Notes: generated by a model not told the origin, from the sequence alone. A DNA stretch of 46,225 bases from Actinomycetota bacterium (GCA_046046315.1 JBJOKB010000042.1:1-46225), one strand, 5' to 3'; counted from the stretch's first letter, positions 34,393 through 43,827 are shown. Translations and numbers: made by a program.

Positions 34393-35274
34393 ATGAGTGA
34401 TGAAGAAAAAGAGTCAAGTGGCCTAGGTTTTTTACTTGCACTTGGAGGAGCAGCTGCTGCTATTTACACAACTTATAAGATTTTTAATAAACCAGAATTG
34501 ACAGAAATTAAACTAAACAATGTTGCTTCACCAGTGAATTCAGAAGTTTCAATCTTAATTCCTGCACATTTTGAAGAAGCAACTTCAACTATTCGTGAAG
34601 CAAAGGATCAACACCATTTAAGTAATTTTGATGTCCTGGCACTTGAAGATAAGGGGCATGAATCGGATAAACCTGAATCTTGGACAAACAAGGCTTGGGG
34701 ATGTCAAAGAATTGCTTTTAAGGCCACTGGGGACTACTTAGTTTTTATTGAGCCTGGAATTAAATTAACACCAGATGCTGTTAGTTTGAGTATTAATTGT
34801 CTTGTAGAAAATAATTTAGATGCATTACTTGTTCAACCAACAATTCTAAATAAAACAGAACCAACTGTGATTGCTAACTTCTTGCTATCTCTACCAACTC
34901 CATTAAATGAAAATGAAGGTACAGATATTGATGCTTCTTTCTTAGTAATTAATAGAAATGCCTACAGCGCTATGGCTGGTCACACCAGAGTTGCTAATGA
35001 AAAATTTGAAGGTGGAGCCTGGGTTAAAGAATTAACAGCTGCAGATTTTAAAGTTGCCGTTGTTGATGGCAGAGTTGTTGCATCAAAGATAGCAAGCATT
35101 GAATTACCAGAGCTTGATGAAGATCTTGCAATTAGAGCAGGAAGTTTTCTGGGAACCTATTTATTGCCTGTCGTAGCAATTTTGGGTGGCAGATCCTCCT
35201 TTAAACAATTCTTAGGCTCAATTGGTCTCATAGCCAACATCGCAACTGTTATCAAATCTCGAAGAATCCGATAA
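34393..35274 (+). CDS. membrane-anchored GT2-like glycosyltransferase (atypical DXD)
   Basis: N-terminal TM helix, then GT-A-like blocks VSILIPAHFEE and VLALEDKG. The DXD position reads FIEPG. Starts 1 nt after the stop of the preceding gene. Confidence 0.5.
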   Translation: MSDEEKESSGLGFLLALGGAAAAIYTTYKIFNKPELTEIKLNNVASPVNSEVSILIPAHFEEATSTIREAKDQHHLSNFDVLALEDKGHESDKPESWTNKAWGCQRIAFKATGDYLVFIEPGIKLTPDAVSLSINCLVENNLDALLVQPTILNKTEPTVIANFLLSLPTPLNENEGTDIDASFLVINRNAYSAMAGHTRVANEKFEGGAWVKELTAADFKVAVVDGRVVASKIASIELPELDEDLAIRAGSFLGTYLLPVVAILGGRSSFKQFLGSIGLIANIATVIKSRRIR

Positions 35275-35287
35275 TCTCTTTTCACCA

Positions 35288-36337
35288 ATGAAAGCTTTAG
35301 AGATACGCCCACGCATTCAAGAATGCCTGGATGAATTCATAAAAGAACAAAGACCAATCTTAAATGAAGTTTCACTATCCCTTGATCCTTTAGCAGATTA
35401 TGCACATGAATTTTTATCTGGCGGAAAAAGATTAAGAGCAGCTTTTTGTTATTGGGGATATATCGGTGCAGGTGGTAAAGATTCGAAAGAAATAATTTGT
35501 GCCTCTACCGCCCTGGAACTTTTACAAGCATGTGCTCTAGTTCACGATGATGTGATGGATGCATCAGATACTAGACGTGGCAAACCATCTATTCATAAAC
35601 GATTTGAAACTATGCACGAAGAATCAAAATGGCTGGGCGATAAGAAGCAATTTGGAAGTGGCGGAGCAATTTTATTAGGTGACTTGTTACTTTCCTGGGC
35701 TGATGAAATGTTGATTAACTCAGGTCTTCCAGCAAATGATTTATTCAGAGGAAAAAAGATTTATGATCTAATGAGAACAGAATTAATGGCCGGACAATAT
35801 TTAGATATATTTGAACAAGCACGCGGTGGCGGTTCAATTGAAAATGCACTGAATGTGATCAGATACAAATCTGCTAAATACACAATTGAAAGACCACTTC
35901 ATTTAGGTGGTGCTCTAGCTAGTGACAATAAACAAATTTTGCAAGCTTACACAGATTATGGTCTTCCACTTGGAGAAGCTTTTCAATTACGAGATGACGT
36001 TCTAGGTGTATTTGGAGATCCTTCAGAAACTGGTAAACCTGCAGGAGATGATTTACGAGAAGGCAAAAGAACTGTCTTAATCGAAATGACCTTTCAAAAA
36101 GCCACAGATTCACAAAAGAAAGAATTGAATAAATTTTTTGGTAAAGAATTAGATGATCATGGGGTTGCTTCATTGCGAGAAGTCGTTACCGTCACTGGAG
36201 CATTAACTGAAGTTGAAACCATGATTTCGACACTTTTGAACCAATCTCAAAAGGCTTTGACTGAGGCAAATATCACAACCCAAGCCAAAGAGGCCTTTTC
36301 CGAGTTGGCACTTGCCGCAACTTCTAGAAGAGTATGA
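35288..36337 (+). CDS. crtE: polyprenyl (geranylgeranyl) diphosphate synthase
   Basis: First and second aspartate-rich motifs LVHDDVMDASDTRRG and FQLRDDVLGVFGD. Equivalent to idsA in actinobacterial synteny. Confidence 0.85.
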   Translation: MKALEIRPRIQECLDEFIKEQRPILNEVSLSLDPLADYAHEFLSGGKRLRAAFCYWGYIGAGGKDSKEIICASTALELLQACALVHDDVMDASDTRRGKPSIHKRFETMHEESKWLGDKKQFGSGGAILLGDLLLSWADEMLINSGLPANDLFRGKKIYDLMRTELMAGQYLDIFEQARGGGSIENALNVIRYKSAKYTIERPLHLGGALASDNKQILQAYTDYGLPLGEAFQLRDDVLGVFGDPSETGKPAGDDLREGKRTVLIEMTFQKATDSQKKELNKFFGKELDDHGVASLREVVTVTGALTEVETMISTLLNQSQKALTEANITTQAKEAFSELALAATSRRV

Positions 36338-37881
36338 CTATGAGTTATTCACCTGCCAGATTGATTCCCGGACGAATGAGAACCGTTAAGGGTCCAACTG
36401 ATCATGTAGTCATTGTTGGGGCAGGGTTGGCAGGATTGTCAACTGCACTTCGATTAGCAGGCAAAGGAAGAAAAGTAACTGTTATTGAAAGAGAATCAGT
36501 TCCAGGTGGACGTAACGGTTTATTAGTTAAAGATGGTTACCACTTTGACACTGGTCCATCTGTTTTAACGATGCCAGATTTAATAGCTGATGCATTTGAT
36601 TGTGTTGGCGAAAATATGCACGACTGGTTGGACTTAAAACCAGTTGAACCTCTTTACCGTGCTTATTACCATGATGGTTCGCAATTGGATGTTCATGCAA
36701 ATCCTCAAAGAATGGCACAAGAAATTGAAGAAGTTATCGGCGCTAATGAGGCTAAAGGTTACTTAAAATACGTTGATTTTGTCTCAAAGCTTTATCAATA
36801 TGAGATGAAGGATTTTATCGATAGAAATATTGACTCTCCCCTAGATTTACTAACTCCAAACCTTGCAAAACTTGTTGCAATCGGCGGATTTAGAAAGCTT
36901 GCACCAAAAGCACAACAATATTTGAAAGATTTCAGAACTGAAAGAGTTTACTCATTCCAGGCAATGTATGCAGGACTTTCTCCTTATCAAGCTCTTGCTA
37001 TTTATGGAGTAATTGCTTATATGGACTCTGTTGCCGGAGTTTTCTTTCCCAAAGGTGGAATGCATGCAGTTCCTCGTGCATTAGCGGCAGCAGCGACCAA
37101 ACATGGTGTGGAGTTTAAATACAACACTGAAATTACAAAAGTTGAAAAAAGTGGTAATCGTGCCACTGCTGTAATTACAAAAAATGGAGAAAGAATCCCA
37201 GCCGATGTTGTGGTTTTAAATCCTGATCTTCCAATTGCTTATGAAAACTTACTAGGCGAAGTTCCATGGTCAGTAAAAAGACTGAAGTATTCTCCGTCTG
37301 CAATGGTATTGCTCGCAGGAAGTAAAAAGAAGTTTCCAAATATTGCTCATCACAACATTCATTTCGGTAAAGACTGGAAAGGTGTTTTTGATGATCTAAT
37401 TGAAAAGAAACAATTCATGCAAGATCCAAGTCTGTTGGTAACAAATTCAACGCATTCAGATCCAGAATTGGCCCCAAGTGGCAAAGAAATCTATTACGTT
37501 TTATTTCCAACACCAAACACTGATTCAAATATTGATTGGGTTAAAGAAACTCCAAAGTATAGAGATGAAATGGTTCGAGTTCTTGAAGAACGAGGCTATG
37601 AAGGATTTGGAGACAGTATTGAAGTTGAAAATGTCACAGGACCACTTGAATGGGAAAAACAAGGAATGAAAATGGGCGCACCTTTTGCTGCTGCGCACAC
37701 CTTCTTACAAACTGGACCATTTAGACCAGGCAACATGTGGGGTGAAAACGTGGTATTTGCAGGTTCTGGTACTCAACCAGGAGTTGGTGTTCCAATGGTG
37801 TTGGTAAGTGGACGTTTAGCTGCAGAAAGAATTCTTGGCAAAGATAAAACTTATAAATCCAGGTCCAATAGAAAATATTAA
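36334..37881 (+). CDS. crtI: phytoene desaturase
   Basis: FAD dinucleotide fold VVIVGAGLAGLSTALRLA...VIERESVPGGR. 515 aa, CrtI-type C-terminus (GSGTQPGVGVPMV), and an ATGA overlap with crtE. Confidence 0.88.
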   Translation: MTMSYSPARLIPGRMRTVKGPTDHVVIVGAGLAGLSTALRLAGKGRKVTVIERESVPGGRNGLLVKDGYHFDTGPSVLTMPDLIADAFDCVGENMHDWLDLKPVEPLYRAYYHDGSQLDVHANPQRMAQEIEEVIGANEAKGYLKYVDFVSKLYQYEMKDFIDRNIDSPLDLLTPNLAKLVAIGGFRKLAPKAQQYLKDFRTERVYSFQAMYAGLSPYQALAIYGVIAYMDSVAGVFFPKGGMHAVPRALAAAATKHGVEFKYNTEITKVEKSGNRATAVITKNGERIPADVVVLNPDLPIAYENLLGEVPWSVKRLKYSPSAMVLLAGSKKKFPNIAHHNIHFGKDWKGVFDDLIEKKQFMQDPSLLVTNSTHSDPELAPSGKEIYYVLFPTPNTDSNIDWVKETPKYRDEMVRVLEERGYEGFGDSIEVENVTGPLEWEKQGMKMGAPFAAAHTFLQTGPFRPGNMWGENVVFAGSGTQPGVGVPMVLVSGRLAAERILGKDKTYKSRSNRKY

Positions 37882-37883
37882 TA

Positions 37884-38834
37884 ATGTCAAAGCGTGAATT
37901 AATTGCTTCAGGAATAAAAGATCCTGAAATGCAAGAGTCGTATGAGAGATGTCGAAAACTTAACTCTCAGCACGGAAAAACCTATTATTTAGCAACCCTT
38001 TTATTGCCTCCTGGCAAAAGACCCTATGTTCACGCACTTTATGGATTTGCTCGTTATGCCGATGAAATTGTTGATGATTTATCTAGCACCTTAACTGATA
38101 AAGAAAAATCAGACTGGTTGATGAATTGGGGAAACGAATTCTTAAAGGATTTAAATCGTGGTAAATCTGACGATCCAATTTGCAAGGCTGTGGTTGACAC
38201 CGTTAATCGCTGGGAAATTCCAAAAGAACTTTTTGAAGCATTTCTTCATTCGATGCGCATGGACTTAACGGTTACTGAATATCAAACATTTAAAGATCTT
38301 CACGAATATGTTTATGGTTCGGCTGCTGTTATTGGTTTACAAATGGTGCCAATTCTTGAACCAACATCACAAATTGCCTACGAAAGAGCACAGGATTTAG
38401 GAATTGCATTTCAATTAGCTAACTTTGTAAGAGATGTCTCAGAAGACTTAACTAGAGGAAGAATTTATCTACCTTTGGAAGAATTGGCTCAATTTGGAGT
38501 TGATAGAGCATATTTACAAAGAAGAGTTGCGGATAAAAATGTTAAAGATGCTTTGAAGTTTCAAATCCAAAGAGTTAAACAATTAGAAGAAAAATCGAGA
38601 TCGGGAATCGAATTCTTACATCCTTCATCCAGGCCTTGCATTGAAGCAGCAAGAATTCTTTATTGTGGCATTGTTGATGCGGTTGAGGCAATTGATTATG
38701 AAGTATTTAAAAAACGTGCCAAAGTTTCGATGGCGCAAAGATTAAAAGTGGCACTTCCAGCTTGGCGTCAAGGAGTAAAAGCTAGAAAAGAATTTGGGCA
38801 AGGTCACATTCAAGGAATTGCTCAAGCTATTTAA
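37884..38834 (+). CDS. crtB: phytoene synthase
   Basis: Squalene/phytoene synthase signatures YGFARYADEIVDD and ANFVRDVSEDLTRGRIYLP. Confidence 0.9.
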   Translation: MSKRELIASGIKDPEMQESYERCRKLNSQHGKTYYLATLLLPPGKRPYVHALYGFARYADEIVDDLSSTLTDKEKSDWLMNWGNEFLKDLNRGKSDDPICKAVVDTVNRWEIPKELFEAFLHSMRMDLTVTEYQTFKDLHEYVYGSAAVIGLQMVPILEPTSQIAYERAQDLGIAFQLANFVRDVSEDLTRGRIYLPLEELAQFGVDRAYLQRRVADKNVKDALKFQIQRVKQLEEKSRSGIEFLHPSSRPCIEAARILYCGIVDAVEAIDYEVFKKRAKVSMAQRLKVALPAWRQGVKARKEFGQGHIQGIAQAI

Positions 38835-38835
38835 T

Positions 38836-39240
38836 TTATTTTTTTGTTCCGTACCAATGTCCTTTAGGCCACCATTTTGGAGGTGGACCAGAAATTGGTT
38901 TTTGTTGAATATTTTTCTTGCCTAGCCAAATCCAAATTGAGATAGCAAAGACAATCATCGAGAAACCAAAAAATACGTCTTCAACAGGTGCAAAAAATAA
39001 TCTACCGTCACCAATCATTGGTGGAGTTTTGTTCGAATAGTCTCCCCCGATTATGGCAAAGTCGTTATATCGAACAATTAAATTCTTGGTCAAAATTCCA
39101 TTAGTAATAAATTGAAAGAAAAGTACGATTGCATAGCTTAACCAAAACATTTTCAATTTTAAAATTTTGGTTTTCAAAATAAATAAATCTATTACGATTG
39201 CAAGTGGACAATAAATTAAACCAATTTGAATATAGGTCAT
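38836..39240 (-). CDS. heterodimeric lycopene cyclase subunit (downstream gene)
   Basis: 134-aa membrane protein with the lycopene-cyclase-domain motif FAPVEDVFFGF. Has a 4-nt overlap with the partner gene. Confidence 0.7.
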   Translation of the reverse strand: MTYIQIGLIYCPLAIVIDLFILKTKILKLKMFWLSYAIVLFFQFITNGILTKNLIVRYNDFAIIGGDYSNKTPPMIGDGRLFFAPVEDVFFGFSMIVFAISIWIWLGKKNIQQKPISGPPPKWWPKGHWYGTKK

Positions 39241-39566
39241 ATCTCATCACCAGCTTTTTCTTGCTTGATGGACCTAACTGCTTCAAATGATAAAAGTGCA
39301 GCAATGGGCACGATGATAAAGAAAAGTAATTCTTCTAGTGGAAGAAATCCAAATAAAATAATGCCAGTGGTTTTAGTTTCATCAAAGAACCAATGATCAT
39401 TCACAATCGCGTAGTAATCCCAAATGACCATAAGAACAACAACTGGGATTATGGTTAAAACTAATCGTTTTAATTTTCTAAGCACTCGAGCCTGCAGAAT
39501 AATTTCCAACCAGATTGTGCCAAAAAGAATAAAAGCAAGCACTGCTAAATAGGAATATTTACTCAT
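39237..39566 (-). CDS. heterodimeric lycopene cyclase subunit (upstream gene)
   Basis: 109-aa membrane protein with the motif FLPLEELLFF (PxEE), as in CrtYc/CrtYd-type split cyclases. Confidence 0.7.
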   Translation of the reverse strand: MSKYSYLAVLAFILFGTIWLEIILQARVLRKLKRLVLTIIPVVVLMVIWDYYAIVNDHWFFDETKTTGIILFGFLPLEELLFFIIVPIAALLSFEAVRSIKQEKAGDEI

Positions 39567-39579
39567 AAATCTAATTTAA

Positions 39580-40410
39580 TCAGTAAGCCCAAGGTGCCCA
39601 ACCGCGAACAATCCATCCGTTATAAGCAACCAAATCTTGATCTCGACAACTTGCTTTGTCAGGTTTTGAAGCAAATTGTTTTCCACCGTAAGTTTTCCAA
39701 AAAGCTGGACTCATTTGCCAACGACCTCTATATTTTCCACTTCTACCAATTGCCTTGCAATTTCGATGAGATTCCTTCATCGAAATAAATCTTGCAAAAG
39801 GACTTACTCTCCAAACTTCGAATGGGATCAATTCCCTTGCTCCCCTATAAAGACGTGCGTCCTTCGTCAATGTGATATCACCTTTATATTTTGCAACTAT
39901 TTTTTTCTTCTTTTTGGATAATTTGACTACTTTTGTTTTCTTTCCTCGATCAATAGTTCTGGAAGCATTTTCGGCAAGAATTGCGGCAATTGCTGGATCT
40001 ACTGCAACAGGTTGGGCGGCCACTTGTTCAGCTACTTTTTCATCTGCTCTTTGTTCATCAAGTGCTTCGAAAATTTTTGTCCAACCAATTTTTCCTAATG
40101 ATGTTCCATCATCCGAATCGCCTAAATCTTTATAGAAGGCTGAAATAGCTTTTGTTGTTGAAGGACCATATTTGCCATTTGCTGAAGAGATGTCATAACC
40201 AAGTTCAATTAATGCTTCTTGCACTTTTTTAACACTTGAGTTTTTTGCACCCTTAGTTAGTTTGCTTTTGCCTGGATAATCAGGAACTTCCATAACGATT
40301 GCAATCGACGATGGATGAGCATTTGCTGAAACTTGTAAATTTGTTGAGATTAATGCAGCCAGGGCACCAATTATTAAATAACGGGTAGGGCGGCGTATAA
40401 ACGTCGTCAT
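39580..40410 (-). CDS. secreted peptidoglycan-binding protein with a C-terminal Rpf/lytic-transglycosylase-like domain
   Basis: Signal peptide and a PG_binding_1-like block (VKKVQEALIELGYD...GKYGPSTTKAISAF). The C-terminus KESHRNC...GKYRGRWQMSPAFWKTYGG...GWAPW resembles the Rpf transglycosylase-like core. Confidence 0.5.
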   Translation of the reverse strand: MTTFIRRPTRYLIIGALAALISTNLQVSANAHPSSIAIVMEVPDYPGKSKLTKGAKNSSVKKVQEALIELGYDISSANGKYGPSTTKAISAFYKDLGDSDDGTSLGKIGWTKIFEALDEQRADEKVAEQVAAQPVAVDPAIAAILAENASRTIDRGKKTKVVKLSKKKKKIVAKYKGDITLTKDARLYRGARELIPFEVWRVSPFARFISMKESHRNCKAIGRSGKYRGRWQMSPAFWKTYGGKQFASKPDKASCRDQDLVAYNGWIVRGWAPWAY

Positions 40411-40451
40411 CCTTTGAGGCTACAACACCTAAATGAATTGGGGGTATTGCG

Positions 40452-40964
40452 TTACCGCAAGTTGTGGATACCTTCGTGTTTCAACAATGCTTTCTTGAGG
40501 GAAACACCGAATGCGTAATTCCCAATAGCACCACCTGTTTTCACAACTCGATGACATGGAACAAATGGAGCAATTAAATTCTTGGCACAAGCTGAGCCTG
40601 CTGCTCTAACTGCTTTTGCATTACCTGCTTTTTGGGCAAGATCTGCGTAACTAATTACTTTCCCACCTTTTACTTTTCTTAACATTTTCCAACAATTTTG
40701 CATAAATTCGCCACCAGATTGTAAAACTTTCAACTCAGAGAAAGCATCCATATCTCCATCAATCCAGTCTTCAACGATTGAAGTTACACCAGCTAATTTT
40801 GAATCTTTCTTGAATTCAAAATCTAGATATTTAGCTGGTAATTGCTTTATTAATTTTGTCAATGGTTTAAAACCAGATCCAATTACAGTGGGATGTTTAG
40901 ATACATCAACAACTGAAGAAATTTTTCCCCAAGGAGTAGGAATTTCGTGAGTTAAAAGTTTCAT
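40452..40964 (-). CDS. ogt: methylated-DNA--protein-cysteine methyltransferase
   Basis: Active-site motif PCHRVV within VPCHRVVKTGGAIGNY. 170 aa, typical two-domain size. Confidence 0.88.
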   Translation of the reverse strand: MKLLTHEIPTPWGKISSVVDVSKHPTVIGSGFKPLTKLIKQLPAKYLDFEFKKDSKLAGVTSIVEDWIDGDMDAFSELKVLQSGGEFMQNCWKMLRKVKGGKVISYADLAQKAGNAKAVRAAGSACAKNLIAPFVPCHRVVKTGGAIGNYAFGVSLKKALLKHEGIHNLR

Positions 40965-41438
40965 TTATGGTTGCGAACTAGTCGAATCAATTTGTTGTGG
41001 AAACGGTTCTGGTAAGTCATATCCAGTAATTATGGTGGCAAATTCATTTGCTTCAAATGCTGGATAGGGAGTTAATTTTTGAATACCCGCTACTTGAGCT
41101 AATTTTGTTGCTGCCTCTATAGCATCTGGTCTATAAAGTAATTCACTGGTTTCTATATTGCGCTTTTTGTAGTTATCTATCTTGGTAACAAAAACCCCAA
41201 ACGTTTCTAAACGTGACGCAAGTCGGGTACTTAAACCTTCACGATTAGTTCCATTAAGAATGGTTACTACCATTTTGTCGAGAGTTACTACTCCTTCTTC
41301 TGCGGAAGCGGTTGGTTTTGGGTTCAAAATTGCTTCAATTCGATTTGCTCTATAACTTGATAAAGCTGCACTTGTAATTGCGCTAATGATAACTAATGCC
41401 AGAACTGAACCAAGAATAATTTGATTACCTTTTTTCAT
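40965..41438 (-). CDS. LytR_C domain membrane-anchored protein
   Basis: N-terminal TM helix followed by VTILNGTNREGLSTRLASRLETFGF-like LytR C-terminal domain sequence. Confidence 0.6.
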   Translation of the reverse strand: MKKGNQIILGSVLALVIISAITSAALSSYRANRIEAILNPKPTASAEEGVVTLDKMVVTILNGTNREGLSTRLASRLETFGVFVTKIDNYKKRNIETSELLYRPDAIEAATKLAQVAGIQKLTPYPAFEANEFATIITGYDLPEPFPQQIDSTSSQP

Positions 41439-41464
41439 AAAGTTTTAAACCTACTTAATGGTGG

Positions 41465-42790
41465 CTATTTTGCAAGCATTTCGGCAACTTGGAAAGCTAA
41501 TTCCAATGCTTGCACTCGATTTAATCTTGGATCACATGCAGTTTCATATCGCATTGGTAAGTCTTTTTCCATTACTCCTGAAATTCCACCAATACATTCA
41601 GTTACGTCATCTCCGGTTAGTTCAATGTGCATTCCACCTGGATGGGTACCCATTTGGCGATGCACTGTAAAGAAGTCCTTAATTTCACTTAACACATCAC
41701 TGAATTCACGAGTTTTATGTCCTGATGCTGCTTCTTTGGTATTGCCATGCATCGGATCACAAACCCAGATAACGGGATGACCAGATTTTTCAACAGCTTC
41801 AACAATTGGAGGTAACTTATCCATCACGTTGCCAACACCCATACGACTAATCAAAGTTAATCGGCCTGGTGTTTTATCTGGATCAAGTTTTTGAACCATT
41901 TTCACAACGTCTGCTGGATCTGCTTTTGGTCCAACTTTGCAACCGATTGGATTTTGTATTGACGCCATGAACTCAGCGTGTGCACCATTTGGTTCACGAG
42001 TTCTTTCACCCATCCATAAGAAATGTGCAGATGTGTCATAAGTTCTGCCTGTTACGTAATCAGTTCTTGACATTGCTTTTTCATAATCAAGTAGCAATGC
42101 TTCGTGAGCGGTAAAGAATTCAACTGATCTAAATTCAACTGGATCTGCACCACACGCATGCATGAAAGCAAGGGCGCGATCAATATCTTTTGCCAATTGA
42201 TCATATTTTTTACCTGAATCTGAATTAGCAACAAAATCTCTATTCCAGGCATGAACCATTCTTAAGTCCGCAGAACCATCTTGAGAAAAAGATCTAATTA
42301 AGTTCAAAGTTGCGTTAGAAGATTTATAAGCTCTGATTAATCTTTGTGGATCTGGTCTTCTTGCTTCTGGGGTAAAAGCAACATCGTTAATTGCATCGCC
42401 GCGATATGACGGAAGTGAAATTCCATTAATAGTTTCTTCATTTGAGCTTCTTGGTTTGAAATATTGACCAGCAATTCGACCAACTTTAACTACCGGAAGT
42501 GTTGCTCCATAAGTTAAAACTACAGCCATTTGAAGAACTGTTTTTAATCTTGCTCTTACGGAATTTGCGGTATTTGCTGCAAAAGTTTCTGCGCAATCTC
42601 CTCCTGTTAAGAAGAATGCTTCTCCACGAGAAACATCAGCAAGTCTTTGAGTCAATAAATCACATTCACTTGCAAATACCAATGGTGGTAAAGCTTTTAG
42701 TTCTTTAACAACACGATTGAGTTCATCAGCGTCAGGCCATTCTGGCTGCTGTTTCGCTGATGTAACCGCTGGGGAATTTTGCGGTGACAT
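41465..42790 (-). CDS. aroG: class II 3-deoxy-7-phosphoheptulonate (DAHP) synthase
   Basis: 441 aa with class II blocks GRIAGQYFKPRS and VCDPMHGNT. Occupies the same syntenic slot as the Mycobacterium class II aroG. Confidence 0.9.
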   Translation of the reverse strand: MSPQNSPAVTSAKQQPEWPDADELNRVVKELKALPPLVFASECDLLTQRLADVSRGEAFFLTGGDCAETFAANTANSVRARLKTVLQMAVVLTYGATLPVVKVGRIAGQYFKPRSSNEETINGISLPSYRGDAINDVAFTPEARRPDPQRLIRAYKSSNATLNLIRSFSQDGSADLRMVHAWNRDFVANSDSGKKYDQLAKDIDRALAFMHACGADPVEFRSVEFFTAHEALLLDYEKAMSRTDYVTGRTYDTSAHFLWMGERTREPNGAHAEFMASIQNPIGCKVGPKADPADVVKMVQKLDPDKTPGRLTLISRMGVGNVMDKLPPIVEAVEKSGHPVIWVCDPMHGNTKEAASGHKTREFSDVLSEIKDFFTVHRQMGTHPGGMHIELTGDDVTECIGGISGVMEKDLPMRYETACDPRLNRVQALELAFQVAEMLAK

Positions 42791-42792
42791 GA

Positions 42793-43827
42793 TTACGCTC
42801 CGAAAAAAGCGGTAGCTTCGCGGTATCGCTCCGCTGGAACAGTTTTCAAAACACCAGTTGCACTTGCTAATGGGACTCGAACAATGTTTGTGCCATGTAG
42901 CGCAACCATTTGTCCATACGCACCATCATTTAATGCATCTGCTGCGGCAAGTCCTAAACGATTTCCAAGATTTCTATCGAATGCAACTGGAGTTCCTCCG
43001 CGTTGCAAATGCCCCAACACAACGCTTCTAGATTCAATTCCTGTTATTTCTTCTAATCTCTTTGCCAATCCTTCACCGACTCCTGAAAGCTTTACGTGAC
43101 CAAAAGCATCAAGAGTGGAATCCTTTGTTACAAGATCTCCTTCGGTGCTCAATGCACCTTCAGCAACTACTACAATTGCGTATTGATCTCTTTCAAATCT
43201 TTGCTTAACCCATTTAGCAACTTCATTGATGTCGTATTTCTCTTCAGGAATTAATGTCACAGCTGCATCGCCAGCCATGCCGGTTTCTAATGCGATCCAA
43301 CCAGCGTGACGACCCATTACTTCAACTACTAAAACTCTGTGATGAGACCGCGCTGTGGTGTGTAGACGATCAACTGCTTCTGTTGCAATTGCCACTGAAG
43401 TTTGGAAACCAAATGTGTAATCAGTGTTTGAAAGATCGTTATCAATTGTTTTAGGAACACCAATTACTTTAAAGTTTTTTTGGTGCAATTGAGTTGCCAC
43501 ACCAAGAGTGTCTTCCCCACCAATTGCGATAAGTGCATCGACATTAAGTTTCTTTAAATTTTCTTCAATTCTTGCTACACCGTTTTCAATTTTAATTGGG
43601 TTAGTTCTTGACGAACCAAGAATTGTTCCACCTTCATCATTGATGTGTGCTACGTCTGCCAAAGTAACTGGTCGAGTTAAACCTTCTAAAGGACCTTTCC
43701 AACCATCTTTGAAACCAACAAATTCATATTTATATGCGTTGATACCTTTTGTGACAACTCCGCGAATTACGTTATTTAAACCTGGAGCATCGCCGCCTCC
43801 AGTAAGAATGCCAACGCGCATATTCAA
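42793..43827 (-). CDS. pfkA: 6-phosphofructokinase, with residues suggesting PPi dependence
   Basis: GILTGGGDAPGLNN, IGGEDTLG and VPKTIDNDL, MGRHAGW. In E. coli numbering, position 104 is Asp and position 124 is Lys. The start may be the ATG two codons downstream (MRVGIL). Confidence 0.88.
   Translation of the reverse strand: MNMRVGILTGGGDAPGLNNVIRGVVTKGINAYKYEFVGFKDGWKGPLEGLTRPVTLADVAHINDEGGTILGSSRTNPIKIENGVARIEENLKKLNVDALIAIGGEDTLGVATQLHQKNFKVIGVPKTIDNDLSNTDYTFGFQTSVAIATEAVDRLHTTARSHHRVLVVEVMGRHAGWIALETGMAGDAAVTLIPEEKYDINEVAKWVKQRFERDQYAIVVVAEGALSTEGDLVTKDSTLDAFGHVKLSGVGEGLAKRLEEITGIESRSVVLGHLQRGGTPVAFDRNLGNRLGLAAADALNDGAYGQMVALHGTNIVRVPLASATGVLKTVPAERYREATAFFGA

Noticed and set aside
38836-39566. 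Split cyclase as a C50 carotenoid (decaprenoxanthin/sarcinaxanthin-type) cyclase
   Set aside because: C50 pathways require a UbiA-type lycopene elongase (crtEb/lbtBC-associated) adjacent to the cyclase genes. No prenyltransferase-like ORF is present in the window, so a C40 lycopene cyclase is more likely.
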